A stretch of 62,674 nucleotides of DNA, filler included, from Nitrospirae bacterium CG2_30_53_67 (GCA_001873285.1; 5 parts of 5 records of this genome joined end to end with filler, not necessarily neighbours in it); one strand, 5' to 3'; shown: positions 11,241 to 19,685, counted from the whole stretch's first letter. Notes: generated from the letters alone by a model not told the origin. Numbers and translations are program-made.

Positions 11241-11690
11241 TTGCTTGCAGCCAAAGATCTGATGACCCGGGACGTGATCACCGTGGGGCCCGACATGCCG
11301 GTCAAGGAACTGGCCAATCTGTTGGTCGAGCGCCATATCAGCGGCGCCCCCGTGGTTGACCGGGAGGGGGCGCTGGTCGGGATCATTACCGAGAAGGATC
11401 TGATCGAGAGTAATAAAAACATTCACATCCCGACTGTGGTGACCCTCTTTGACGCGGTGATCTATCTTGAAAGCGAAAAACACTTCAAGCAAGAGCTGAA
11501 AAAGATGGCCGCTTCCAAGGTGGAGGATATCATGGTCCGGAAGGTGGTCACCATCGGAGAAGAGACCTCCATCCGTGAGATTGCCGCGATCATGTCGGAA
11601 CGGGGCAAGGGTCTGCTTCCCGTGGTCCGGGATGGGAAGCTGGTCGGGATTGTGGGCAAGGCCGATATCGTCCGGTCCATGGCCGGATAA
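11241..11690 (+). CDS. CBS-domain pair protein
   Basis: Two CBS repeats (DLMTRDVITV..SGAPVVD..GIITEKD; LPVVRDGKLVGIV). Confidence 0.9.
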   Translation: MLAAKDLMTRDVITVGPDMPVKELANLLVERHISGAPVVDREGALVGIITEKDLIESNKNIHIPTVVTLFDAVIYLESEKHFKQELKKMAASKVEDIMVRKVVTIGEETSIREIAAIMSERGKGLLPVVRDGKLVGIVGKADIVRSMAG

Positions 11691-11710
11691 ACAAAGATCC
11701 CTCTCGGTGC

Positions 11711-11745
11711 GTCACCCTATTGATGAACAGGACCACTTAGGCGGA
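11711..11745. repeat. MITE family B end; perfect 35-bp inverted repeat of 12860-12894
   Basis: GTCACCCTATTGATGAACAGGACCACTTAGGCGGA. Confidence 0.8.
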
Positions 11746-11768
11746 AACCATTTCAGGGCGACAGGAGA

Positions 11769-12278
11769 ATGTCTGCCGGATTCATGATGCAAGCGGTTCT
11801 GCGTTCGTCTTCCGAGGAGGAGACTCTTTTGATCGGAGAACGCCTCGGCGGGCGCCTGGCCGGAGGCGATATCCTTGCCCTTGCAGGGAGGCTTGGCGCA
11901 GGAAAGACCGTTCTGGCCAAAGGGATCGCCAGGGGGCTCGGGATCAGGGAAGAGGACGTTGTGAGCCCCACCTATATGCTGATTCATGAAATTTCAGGGG
12001 CCGTGAAGCTCTTTCACGTGGACCTGTACCGTGTAACCGATATGGACGACCTGGAGAATGCCGGGTTCTACGACGTCTTCGATCAAGATGCCGTGACCGT
12101 CATTGAATGGGCTGACCGCTTTCCGGGCGCGGTCTCCGAACCGTATTTGATGATCAGGCTGCAATGCGTGGACGAGAATATCAGGGAGATCTTCATAGAG
12201 CCTCATGGGGAGAGGTTCAGGCGTCTTCTAAACCTCTTGGTGAAAGAAATTCCGTCTCACCTGATCTACAGGACATGA
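11769..12278 (+). CDS. tsaE: tRNA threonylcarbamoyladenosine biosynthesis ATPase TsaE
   Basis: GRLGAGKT, VVSPTY, HVDLYR, VIEW. Confidence 0.95.
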   Translation: MSAGFMMQAVLRSSSEEETLLIGERLGGRLAGGDILALAGRLGAGKTVLAKGIARGLGIREEDVVSPTYMLIHEISGAVKLFHVDLYRVTDMDDLENAGFYDVFDQDAVTVIEWADRFPGAVSEPYLMIRLQCVDENIREIFIEPHGERFRRLLNLLVKEIPSHLIYRT

Positions 12279-12311
12279 GGGCGCGGGCCTCTTCCGGGAA
12301 AGGTATGGGGT

Positions 12312-12590
12312 ATGCTGTCGGAAGATGAGATCAGAAGTCTCTCAAAGGAGATGAGAAGAGTCCTCTCTGACGTCCGGGGTCTGGAGTTCCTCCGGCCTGT
12401 TGAAGAGATCGAGGAGAAGATCTCCTCTGTTCTTTCGCAGAACATGCAGGAGGAAATCAAGCTCAATGCCGAATGTGACAAGATCATGGATCAATATGCC
12501 GGGCAGATCGAGCGGGGGGATGCGGATCCTCACAAATTGTTTTCAATGATCAAGCGGAAACTGGCCCGGGAGAAGGGGGTTGTACTTTGA
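12312..12590 (+). CDS. DUF507-family protein
   Basis: Helical, C-terminal KLFSMIKRKLAREKGVVL; paired with a second DUF507-like ORF. Confidence 0.7.
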   Translation: MLSEDEIRSLSKEMRRVLSDVRGLEFLRPVEEIEEKISSVLSQNMQEEIKLNAECDKIMDQYAGQIERGDADPHKLFSMIKRKLAREKGVVL

Positions 12591-12868
12591 AACTCTCGGA
12601 AGACCGTATCTCACACCTTTCACACCTGATTTTGGATCAGATCCTGGAGCAGGGGCTGATCTTCATGAAGGAGGATGATGAACCTGCCGCACGGGCGGAA
12701 ATCAGGAAAGTTTTTGTAACCGAACTCCAGAAGGAAGAAGCGCTCGACCAAAAAATCCGGAACAAGATCGTTTCCTACAAGAGGACGATCCCTGAAGGGA
12801 GCAATGAATGGCATATCCTTTATCAACGCTTCCAGCGGGAAGAGAAGACCCGGAAGGGATCCGCCTAA
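12587..12868 (+). CDS. DUF507-family protein
   Basis: MKLSEDRISHLSH...IPEGSNEW.ILYQR pattern. Confidence 0.75.
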   Translation: MKLSEDRISHLSHLILDQILEQGLIFMKEDDEPAARAEIRKVFVTELQKEEALDQKIRNKIVSYKRTIPEGSNEWHILYQRFQREEKTRKGSA

Positions 12869-12985
12869 GTGGTCCTGTTCATCAATAGGGTGACTCACCG
12901 ACCTGCCTGCCGTCAGGCAGGATCGTAGTGCGGTCTTATCTCCGCGCTCGGCGGAGCGCATACCCCATGTGGTACGCCGCAGGGA
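12869..12985 (+). mobile_element. MITE family B, truncated copy
   Basis: TAA|GTGGTCCTGTTCATCAATA at the DUF507 stop codon; interior resembles the 56087 copy (GGTACGCCGCA); contains palindrome CCTGCCTGCCGTCAGGCAGG. Confidence 0.65.
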
Positions 12986-13003
12986 TTGGTTCTCCAACGG
13001 GGC

Positions 13004-13555
13004 TTACTTCACGGAATTTTTCTTGTTATAGCCGACCAGGGCGATGGCGAACCGGTCGTCCTGGAAAGGATGCATGTCGGGGAAACGCTCAAAAAGCCAG
13101 CCGTTGAAGATTTCATTCCCTTCTTTCAGGACCGTCACCTTCAAGGCCGGATTCTTGGTCTCGTTTGAGAGGGACGTAATGGCATTCTGGTCCATGGAGA
13201 ACTGGGGCAGGAAGTCTCCGGCCTTGATGATCAGGCTGCTTCCCGGAATCGGGTAATCCGTATGCAGGGGAATCGTCTGATCCACGCTGGTCTTTTGGGT
13301 CTTATCCTCGATCCGGATGACCGCGGATTCCCACTGGCCTGCAACGCCTTCAGGCACGGAAACGGTCTTGGGGGTCTGGGATGGCGTGCCTTGATGCATG
13401 GGCATGGCCGGTTGTTGAGGGAGATCGGCTGAAGGTTGTGCCTGAGTTTGCGTCTGCGGCTGCGGCGGGGCCGCCGTCTTTTTCTGTTCACAAGCCGTGA
13501 AAGTAATCAAAGGAATTGAAACAAGGACCATTAAAAACCACGCAGATCGTTTCAT
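13004..13555 (-). CDS. Putative lipoprotein (DUF2155-like C-terminal domain)
   Basis: Signal peptide ending FTAC, Pro/Gln linker, then NPALKV..IFNGWLFERFP.MH. Confidence 0.65.
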   Translation of the reverse strand: MKRSAWFLMVLVSIPLITFTACEQKKTAAPPQPQTQTQAQPSADLPQQPAMPMHQGTPSQTPKTVSVPEGVAGQWESAVIRIEDKTQKTSVDQTIPLHTDYPIPGSSLIIKAGDFLPQFSMDQNAITSLSNETKNPALKVTVLKEGNEIFNGWLFERFPDMHPFQDDRFAIALVGYNKKNSVK

Positions 13556-13611
13556 TGTTCTTCTCCTAAAAATGAAAGACGGAACCGTGCCTTTGGGCAC
13601 AATAAAAATGA

Positions 13612-14448
13612 ATGAAAACATTAATATATGGAAATGATAAAGTCAATATTTTTATTCCTCTGATTTTTGCGGGGATTTTATCTCTTTCACAGGGGTGCGC
13701 CGGTCTCAGACCCGCTCCCGGCTATGGTGAAGATGATTTCATGACCCATCCGGTCCTCGGGCTGCCCGTGACCATACGTTACCTTCCGGCGGATGCGCCC
13801 ATTCTCCCCCTTCTTGAGGAGACAATCCGTTCCGGCATGGAGAAGGCCGGGCAGTGGGGCGAGATCCGGACTCCCTTTACAGTGACCGTCTATCCGGACC
13901 ACGAGGCCTTGGAGAATGTCGTACAAAAAAGAGGGTATGGATGGCTCAAGGCCTGGGCCACGGAAGAGAAGATCTCCCTCCAGTCCCCGCGTTCCTGGAC
14001 GTTGTTCAGGGATCAATATCTCTTTGACCTCATGGCACACGAGTTGACCCATGTGATCCACTATCAGACCGCAGGAATCCAGGCCGGCCGTTCAGCGGAA
14101 AACGATCCCTTCTGGTTCAGGGAAGGGTTGGCGTCCGTGACCGCCGGGCAGGGGTACCGAAGGTATGGGAGGAAGGCGCTGCGGAGATTATTGCGGTCGG
14201 ACCCGAAGTTTGATCCCTTCTCTCCGTCAGAGAGGGATATCCGGGACCATGAGAAGCTGGTTTATTCATCAGCTCATTATCTGACGGTCTATCTGATCGA
14301 AACCTATGGTTCCGATCGGATCAGGGACCTCCTTCACAGGATCGCACTCGGGGATTCCTTTGAGACTGCCTTTGACAAGACCTATCCCGTTTCTTTAAAA
14401 CGGCTGAGGTCGGAATGGGAACCATGGCTGGAGATGAACGAACCTTAG
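13612..14448 (+). CDS. Peptidase MA-like (gluzincin) lipoprotein
   Basis: Lipobox-like SQGC, AHELTH followed by WFREGLA. Confidence 0.8.
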   Translation: MKTLIYGNDKVNIFIPLIFAGILSLSQGCAGLRPAPGYGEDDFMTHPVLGLPVTIRYLPADAPILPLLEETIRSGMEKAGQWGEIRTPFTVTVYPDHEALENVVQKRGYGWLKAWATEEKISLQSPRSWTLFRDQYLFDLMAHELTHVIHYQTAGIQAGRSAENDPFWFREGLASVTAGQGYRRYGRKALRRLLRSDPKFDPFSPSERDIRDHEKLVYSSAHYLTVYLIETYGSDRIRDLLHRIALGDSFETAFDKTYPVSLKRLRSEWEPWLEMNEP

Positions 14449-14610
14449 TGGTCCTATTCGTAAATACGGTCGCATTCGATTGCCGTAGGGCGGCCTCCTC
14501 GGCGTTCCGCTCCTTGCGACGTACCGCAGGGGGTACGCCTCAGTCGCGCGCCTTGATGAGTCCGCCCTACGGCACTCTCGGTACGTTACCATACTTACGA
14601 ACAGGACCAC
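14448..14610. mobile_element. MITE family B, full copy, 3-bp TSD TTA
   Basis: TTA|GTGGTCCTATTCGTAAATA ... TACTTACGAACAGGACCAC|TTA; closely related inverted copy at 56087-56247. Confidence 0.88.
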
Positions 14611-14689
14611 TTAGGTTTATATTCGCTCGCTAATCCAGCCCCCAAGGGGCGGGGAATGCACTCGCTATACTTTTTCAGTTATGAAATTA

Positions 14690-14960
14690 GTATTATCTCC
14701 AAAAGAGCGGGTGAAAACATAAGGGGTCAAGGGGTCAAGGATTCCAGGGGTCAAGTGAAGTGCTTTTCAAGAAATTGAGGGTCCGAGGGGTCAAGGGGTC
14801 AAGGATTCAAGTGAAATACAGAAAAGCAAGCAAAGTCTCCAGAGAGAAACACTGGACCCCTTGAACCCTTGAACCCTTGAACCCTTGAACCCTTGACTCC
14901 TGTGACCCTATGGTTCTTCAACCCTCGACCCCTTTTTACCCGCTAAATGGGAGAAGGACC
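14690..14960 (+). mobile_element. MITE family A copy 4 (inverted core), 8-bp TSD TGAAATTA
   Basis: TGAAATTA at both 14682-14689 and 14961-14968; ends GTATTATCTCC / GGAGAAGGACC. Confidence 0.88.
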
Positions 14961-14989
14961 TGAAATTATTGATAAGGAAGACAGTACAC

Positions 14990-16078
14990 ATGAAAGCATC
15001 TGTTCTGGTAGCCATGAGCGGCGGGGTGGATAGTTCGGTCGCCGCTCTGCTCCTTTTGGGAAAAGGCTACAAGGTGATGGGCGCGACCATGAAGATCTGG
15101 GATGAGGCGAGAGAGGTTTCGTTCCCCTCCCCCAGGATCTGCTGCTCCCTGTCCGCGGTGGAAGATGCCATGGCCGTGTGCGGGCAATTAAAGGTCCCTT
15201 ATCATCTGCTGGAATATCATGAGCACTTCAGGACCGAGGTTGTCGAGGATTTCTGCAGGGAGTACCGGCATGGCCGCACACCCAACCCATGTGTCCTGTG
15301 CAACTCACGGCTCAAATTCGATCATTTTCTGAAAGAAGCGGATTCTCTGGGCTGCGGCTTTATGGCAACGGGCCATTATGCGAGGGTCGAGCAGGATTGC
15401 CGGACCGGGAAGTTCCTTTTGAAGCGGGGGAAGGATACAAGAAAGGATCAGTCCTATTTTCTTTACGGCGTAACCCAGGAAGTTCTTTCCCGCCTCCTCT
15501 TGCCGGTGGGAGATTATACCAAGGAGCATATCCGCAAGCTTGCCGAAGATTACGGACTCCCCGTAGCCCGGAAAAAGGAGAGTCAGGAGATCTGTTTCAT
15601 CCCGGACCATGATTACGCCTCCTTCCTCATGAGGCGGTTTCCTGAAGCTCATGAGAAAGGGGACATTTTAAACATGTCGGGAAAGGTTCTCGGGACGCAC
15701 CCGGGATATATGCATTATACCATCGGTCAGCGGAGAGGACTGGGGGTGTCCCATCCGGTCCCGCTTTATGTGCTGGAGATCCATCCTTCTGAAAATGTCA
15801 TCGTCGTCGGGCGCAAAGAGGATCTGCTGAATCGTCATGCCGTAGTGAGCGGGATCAACTGGATCTCCGGCCGGCCTCCTTGTTTATCGGACAAGATCAG
15901 CGCCAAGATCCGCTACCGGCATGCAGGCGCGGAAGTCAGATTGGATCCTGCGGATGATCCGCATGCCTTTCGTGTGACCTTCAATGAACCTCAGGAAGCC
16001 ATCACCCCGGGGCAATCCATGGTGTTTTATGAGGGAGAGGTTGTCCTCGGGGGCGGGATCATTGAAAAGGCAGAGTAG
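14990..16078 (+). CDS. mnmA: tRNA-specific 2-thiouridylase MnmA
   Basis: AMSGGVDS, TPNPCVLCN, ATGHY, KDQSYFL, ESQEICF, TIGQRRGL. Confidence 0.97.
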   Translation: MKASVLVAMSGGVDSSVAALLLLGKGYKVMGATMKIWDEAREVSFPSPRICCSLSAVEDAMAVCGQLKVPYHLLEYHEHFRTEVVEDFCREYRHGRTPNPCVLCNSRLKFDHFLKEADSLGCGFMATGHYARVEQDCRTGKFLLKRGKDTRKDQSYFLYGVTQEVLSRLLLPVGDYTKEHIRKLAEDYGLPVARKKESQEICFIPDHDYASFLMRRFPEAHEKGDILNMSGKVLGTHPGYMHYTIGQRRGLGVSHPVPLYVLEIHPSENVIVVGRKEDLLNRHAVVSGINWISGRPPCLSDKISAKIRYRHAGAEVRLDPADDPHAFRVTFNEPQEAITPGQSMVFYEGEVVLGGGIIEKAE

Positions 16079-16174
16079 ACTCCGTTAGAAAACCCTGTTT
16101 TCTAACACCGCTTCAATGATAGACACTCCATTTAAGACAATAACAGGGGAGCCGGCAACTTTCTCTAACGGAGT
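16079..16174. repeat. Small element with terminal inverted repeats
   Basis: ACTCCGTTAGAAAA ... TTCTCTAACGGAGT, directly after the mnmA stop codon. Confidence 0.65.
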
Positions 16175-16363
16175 AGAGGAAAAATTTTACCATATATATG
16201 TAAAGTTTTTCCTATTTTAGGCAAAAGTTTTCCCATTTTACCCGGCTGTTCAGGCAAGAAGCGAGACATTATCTGATAATATGGAATAATTTTCCAAAGT
16301 TTTACCATATAAACTCTCAAAAATATTAAAAACATAAAATAATCAGGAGATTATTCTAAAAAA

Positions 16364-16379
16364 TGGCATAGAAAATGCA
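16364..16379 (+). promoter_or_regulatory. Probable sigma-54 (-24/-12) promoter for the STAS gene
   Basis: TGGCATAGAAAATGCA (GG-N10-GC) in an AT-rich region, with repeated AAA(G/A)TTTT(A/T/C)CC motifs upstream at 16180-16310. Confidence 0.65.
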
Positions 16380-16505
16380 ACTATATAGATATTGATTTTA
16401 TTAGACGGCGATGCCATGATAGAAAACATAAATAGTCAATTATATTATAATTATTTTATGGATCTTTAGAGCAGAAAGTCTTTGACCGGAAGGAGTGTTA
16501 CCGTC

Positions 16506-16829
16506 ATGTTTAAGATCAATGTTCACAAGATCGAAGAACATACCTTTATTCTCAACCTTGAAGGTGATCTCACAGTCCAGACCTCGGTCGAGTTTCATAA
16601 CGCCATCACGCCGATCCTGCAAAGGGAGCCCAAGGCGATTTCTATTAATCTCTCCAATGTGGCTGCGATGGACGAGGCCGGCATCGTGATCCTCATGAAT
16701 GATCTCATGGATCATTCAGGCCGGGGAATCTATTTCTACCTGATCGGCCTTCCGGAGAAAATCAAAGTCTATTACCAAGCCTGTCTGCAAAATTTTGAGA
16801 ATCCCTATTTCTCAAACACCACACACTGA
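16506..16829 (+). CDS. STAS-domain protein (anti-sigma factor antagonist-like)
   Basis: LNLEGDL..., INLSNVAAMDEAGIVIL (the usual phosphoacceptor DSxG appears as DEAG). Confidence 0.75.
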   Translation: MFKINVHKIEEHTFILNLEGDLTVQTSVEFHNAITPILQREPKAISINLSNVAAMDEAGIVILMNDLMDHSGRGIYFYLIGLPEKIKVYYQACLQNFENPYFSNTTH

Positions 16830-16909
16830 AACCCCTTGACATTGATCTGCCGGCGGACATCCGCGTTCCGTAAGCCTCCTGGAACTCGACATCAGGCTCA
16901 GTCCTTTAG

Positions 16910-16987
16910 TCACGAAACTCACATCAGGAAGATTCCGGTTGACTCCGAATGTCGAGAAGTGGTATGAAAAGATAGGAATCTGAGTAA
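16910..16987 (+). repeat. Promoter-containing direct repeat, copy 1
   Basis: TCACGAAACT..AAGATTCCGGTTGACTCCGAATGTCGAGAAGTGGTATGAAAAG..GAATCTGAGTAA; TTGACT-N18-TATGAA. Confidence 0.8.
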
Positions 16988-17010
16988 TCTCTCTGCAGGT
17001 GGGGCCGCCA

Positions 17011-17262
17011 ATGGAAAGGATCATTCTGGAAATCCCGGAAGAAATACTCATCTCACTGAAGGAGACCCCGTCCGAGCTTTCGAGAGACATCCGGATGCTG
17101 GCGGCGGCCAAGCTCTACGAACTGGGCAAGCTCTCCTCCGGCAGGGCCGCCCAGCTTGCCGGCATGTCACGGGTAAGTTTCCTCCGTGCGCTCTCACAGT
17201 ACGGCGTTTCCATCCTGGCTCTGACTCCCGACGAACTCAGGCAGGATTATGAAAACGCGTAG
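17011..17262 (+). CDS. UPF0175-family antitoxin
   Basis: AAKLYELGKLSSGRAAQLAGMSR..F HTH pattern; overlaps the downstream PIN gene. Confidence 0.88.
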   Translation: MERIILEIPEEILISLKETPSELSRDIRMLAAAKLYELGKLSSGRAAQLAGMSRVSFLRALSQYGVSILALTPDELRQDYENA

Positions 17263-17743
17263 AACCGTAATTGTCAACACATCCCCCCTTTATTACCTGC
17301 ACAAGCTGGAATGCCTCGAATGTTTGGCCGGGCTGTACGGCAGCGTGACCGTCCCGGAGGCTGTAGCCGCTGAGCTTGAAGAGGGGAAGAAGGCCGGAGA
17401 GGGCGTTCCTTGTCTCAGCGACTACCCATGGATACACGTGAGAAAGGTCATGATTCCCGCCTTCATCAAGATGGTTCCCGACTTGGGGCGGGGCGAAGCT
17501 GAGGTTCTGGCGTTGGGAGCCGAAGAAGAGGATACACTTATCGTTGTTGATGACGGCCTGGCCAGGAGAATAGCAAAACTGCAAGGCTTCACGATCACGG
17601 GCACGGCAGGGGTCCTTTTAAAGGCGAAGAAGCAAGGGCTTGTCAAAGAGATCAGGCCGATGCTCGTGAAGCTGAAAGAATCGGGCTTCTATCTCAAAGA
17701 AGAGATCGTAAGCGAGATCCTCAAGATAGCAGGAGAGTCCTGA
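17249..17743 (+). CDS. DUF3368-family PIN-domain toxin
   Basis: IVNTSPL, VPEAVAAEL, LGRGEAEVL, VVDD..AR, GTAGVLLKAK. Confidence 0.88.
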   Translation: MKTRRTVIVNTSPLYYLHKLECLECLAGLYGSVTVPEAVAAELEEGKKAGEGVPCLSDYPWIHVRKVMIPAFIKMVPDLGRGEAEVLALGAEEEDTLIVVDDGLARRIAKLQGFTITGTAGVLLKAKKQGLVKEIRPMLVKLKESGFYLKEEIVSEILKIAGES

Positions 17744-17806
17744 ACCGGGTTCCAAGCCTTTGGCGCGATCATTCCCCCAGACGTCCGTCACCATCACCCT
17801 GTCTTA

Positions 17807-17899
17807 TCACGAAACTTCCCTCAAAAGGATTCCACTCAAAAAGATTCCAGTTGACTCCGAATGTCGAGAAGTGGTATGAAAAGGCACGAATCTAAGTAA
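17807..17899 (+). repeat. Promoter-containing direct repeat, copy 2
   Basis: 43-bp core at 17841-17883 differs from 16929-16971 at one base. Confidence 0.8.
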
Positions 17900-17983
17900 A
17901 TTTTACATCTCATAGGCCGGTTTCAGTCTGCCGTCACGCAGATGGCCATATGAATGCGGTTATTCTTTGAGGATCGGATAAGA

Positions 17984-18020
17984 AATAAATATCCTCCGGC
18001 TTTGCCGGAGGATATTTATT
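17984..18020. repeat. Perfect hairpin resembling an IS200/IS605 end palindrome
   Basis: AATAAATATCCTCCGGC-TTT-GCCGGAGGATATTTATT; the same CCGGCTTTGCCGG core recurs near 32069 and 46023. Confidence 0.65.
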
Positions 18021-18055
18021 GAGCTTCCCTCAGGAGAATTAGAATTATGGATAGA

Positions 18056-18155
18056 NNNNNNNNNNNNNNNNNNNNNNNNNNNNNNNNNNNNNNNNNNNNT
18101 TAATTAATTAANNNNNNNNNNNNNNNNNNNNNNNNNNNNNNNNNNNNNNNNNNNN
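18056..18155. other. Assembly linker (N run with TTAATTAATTAA)
   Basis: Identical 100-nt spacer occurs four times; stops in all frames. Confidence 0.97.
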
Positions 18156-18185
18156 GAAAATACCCCACAAGTGTTCTCCCTCTTG

Positions 18186-18482
18186 TCAGCCCTTCATCAG
18201 TCTTTTTCTTATCCAACTTGGGCTCCGACGGCAATCAAGAACAGCAAGGACCAGAATCACGTTATCAATGATCCGGTAATATACGGCAAATGGGAACCGC
18301 TTGGAAAGCAGGCGGTGGCATCCAAAGACCAGTTGGTGAATCCCTCCGAAGTATGCTAAGGAGTCAATATCCGAATAAAGGGAATCGAGGAAATACGATC
18401 CGAGGCCGGGAGACTGCGACTCATAGAATCGATATCCCTCCTCGAGGTCCCTTTCGGCTGGGCTAAGGATTCCTATCTTCAT
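18186..18482 (-). CDS. RelE/ParE-family toxin
   Basis: AERDLEEGYRFYESQSPGLG..F, RFPFAVYY, VLAVLDCRR. Confidence 0.9.
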   Translation of the reverse strand: MKIGILSPAERDLEEGYRFYESQSPGLGSYFLDSLYSDIDSLAYFGGIHQLVFGCHRLLSKRFPFAVYYRIIDNVILVLAVLDCRRSPSWIRKRLMKG

Positions 18483-18700
18483 GAGATCTTTTTCTTAATT
18501 CTCTTCTTACTCTGTTCCCAATCCGAGGCAGTCACTTTACCAGCCGTGAAAGCCTGTTCTCGGTCCTTAAGGATGGCTTCATGCCAAGCCGGGGATTTCA
18601 TTTTCTTGTCATCTCGAGTTAGTTCCGACCAGAGCTTCTCCATCAAATCCAGCTTCTGGGCAAGTGAAAGTTTGGAAATGGGCAAATCAATTCTTTTCAT
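18479..18700 (-). CDS. Putative addiction-module antitoxin
   Basis: LSLAQKLDLMEKLWSEL..SPAWHEAILKDR..W; ATGA overlap with the toxin gene. Confidence 0.88.
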   Translation of the reverse strand: MKRIDLPISKLSLAQKLDLMEKLWSELTRDDKKMKSPAWHEAILKDREQAFTAGKVTASDWEQSKKRIKKKIS

Positions 18701-18898
18701 AGCGTCTCCTTTTTATTATGCAGCCACGCTGTCATGTTATATACACCTGAAAAAGTAGATGGGTCAAGGCAAAATTTCCAATGATCCTGGTCCGGTCGGG
18801 CCTGTCCGGTTTGACAGAATAAAGAAACCTGTGGCTTGATGATAATAGATGGATGTGATTTGAGAAAAGTCATGAATAAAAATTAGCCGGGCCAATGC

Positions 18899-19168
18899 TT
18901 GGTGCAGGATATGAGAAAGGATGATGAAATCATGAGAATTATCGATGCAAGAGAAGATTACAGCCTCATTCAGGAATACAAGGATCTGATCGTGAATGAC
19001 AATTGCAGCGAACCGCGCGGGATACAGGTCCTGCTGGACAAGGAGAAGACAGCCCGCAGGTTGAGCCTCTATACCTCCATCCTTGGTTACTCGAATGCGG
19101 TGGACAGTGTGGGAGACGATTGGGCCTTGACCGTTAAAATAGGAAAGTGTATCTGTCCCGTGGCATGA
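18899..19168 (+). CDS. Small hypothetical protein, weak TusA/SirA-like pattern
   Basis: IIDAR..IQVLLD..GY..WALTV..CIC; no CPxP motif; start uncertain. Confidence 0.45.
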   Translation: MVQDMRKDDEIMRIIDAREDYSLIQEYKDLIVNDNCSEPRGIQVLLDKEKTARRLSLYTSILGYSNAVDSVGDDWALTVKIGKCICPVA

Positions 19169-19170
19169 TC

Positions 19171-19380
19171 AAGACCGTTCCTATTATTAGAAATGACATC
19201 ATATTGGAAATCCCTCCCTCGATAAACCCATTCGAGGGCAGGCGCCGGGAGGAATTTCATCTTCCCTTCCTTTGTAAGGAGGGGAATGGGTTTATGGCTC
19301 GTTGAGCCAACGGCTCATAGAGGAGGTAGACTTCCCTGGCTCTACCCCACCTATCCTCCCCTTACAAAGGGGAGGCGAAT
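19171..19380. repeat. Repeat family C with palindromic cargo
   Basis: TAGAAA(T/C)GACATCAT...CGATAAACC(C/T)ATTCGAG shared with 33157-33236 and 40856-41007; CCTTCCTTTGTAAGGAGGG-type hairpins. Confidence 0.7.
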
Positions 19381-19509
19381 AGCGGGCCGCCCGGGGGACG
19401 GTTCCCGGAAACGCGTACTGAATTCGACATTCAGCATCCGTTCGGCCTCCTGCAGGGTTTCCTCGGCCTGCTTCATCCGATATTCGAAGAGGCTCTCCGT
19501 ATCGGTCAT
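19351..19509 (-). pseudogene. Truncated HEPN-domain gene
   Basis: MTDTESLFEYRMKQAEETLQEAERML is a HEPN-like N-terminal helix; then runs into the repeat and stops. Confidence 0.7.
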
Positions 19510-19685
19510 ACTTTCACCCCCTCCTCGCTGATGTTCTTCACGATCGGAGAAGACCGCAGAGGAGTGTTCTCAAGTTCGTATCGTGTAAAGATCAGGGGCG
19601 ATATGTAGACAGAATGCGCAAAACCCACCTCCCACACGGCTTGGTGGATTTTATCCTCCAGGTTACGGTCGAGGGATTCCACTTC
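19506..19685 (-). pseudogene. 3' remnant of a minimal nucleotidyltransferase (MNT) gene
   Basis: EVESLDRNLEDKIHQAVWEVGF..ISPLIFTR..SPIVKNISEEGVKV*; ATGA overlap with the HEPN start. Confidence 0.72.

Noticed and set aside
14415..14633. Short ORFs similar to those at 56087-56284
   Set aside because: Translations of MITE family B, not a protein family.
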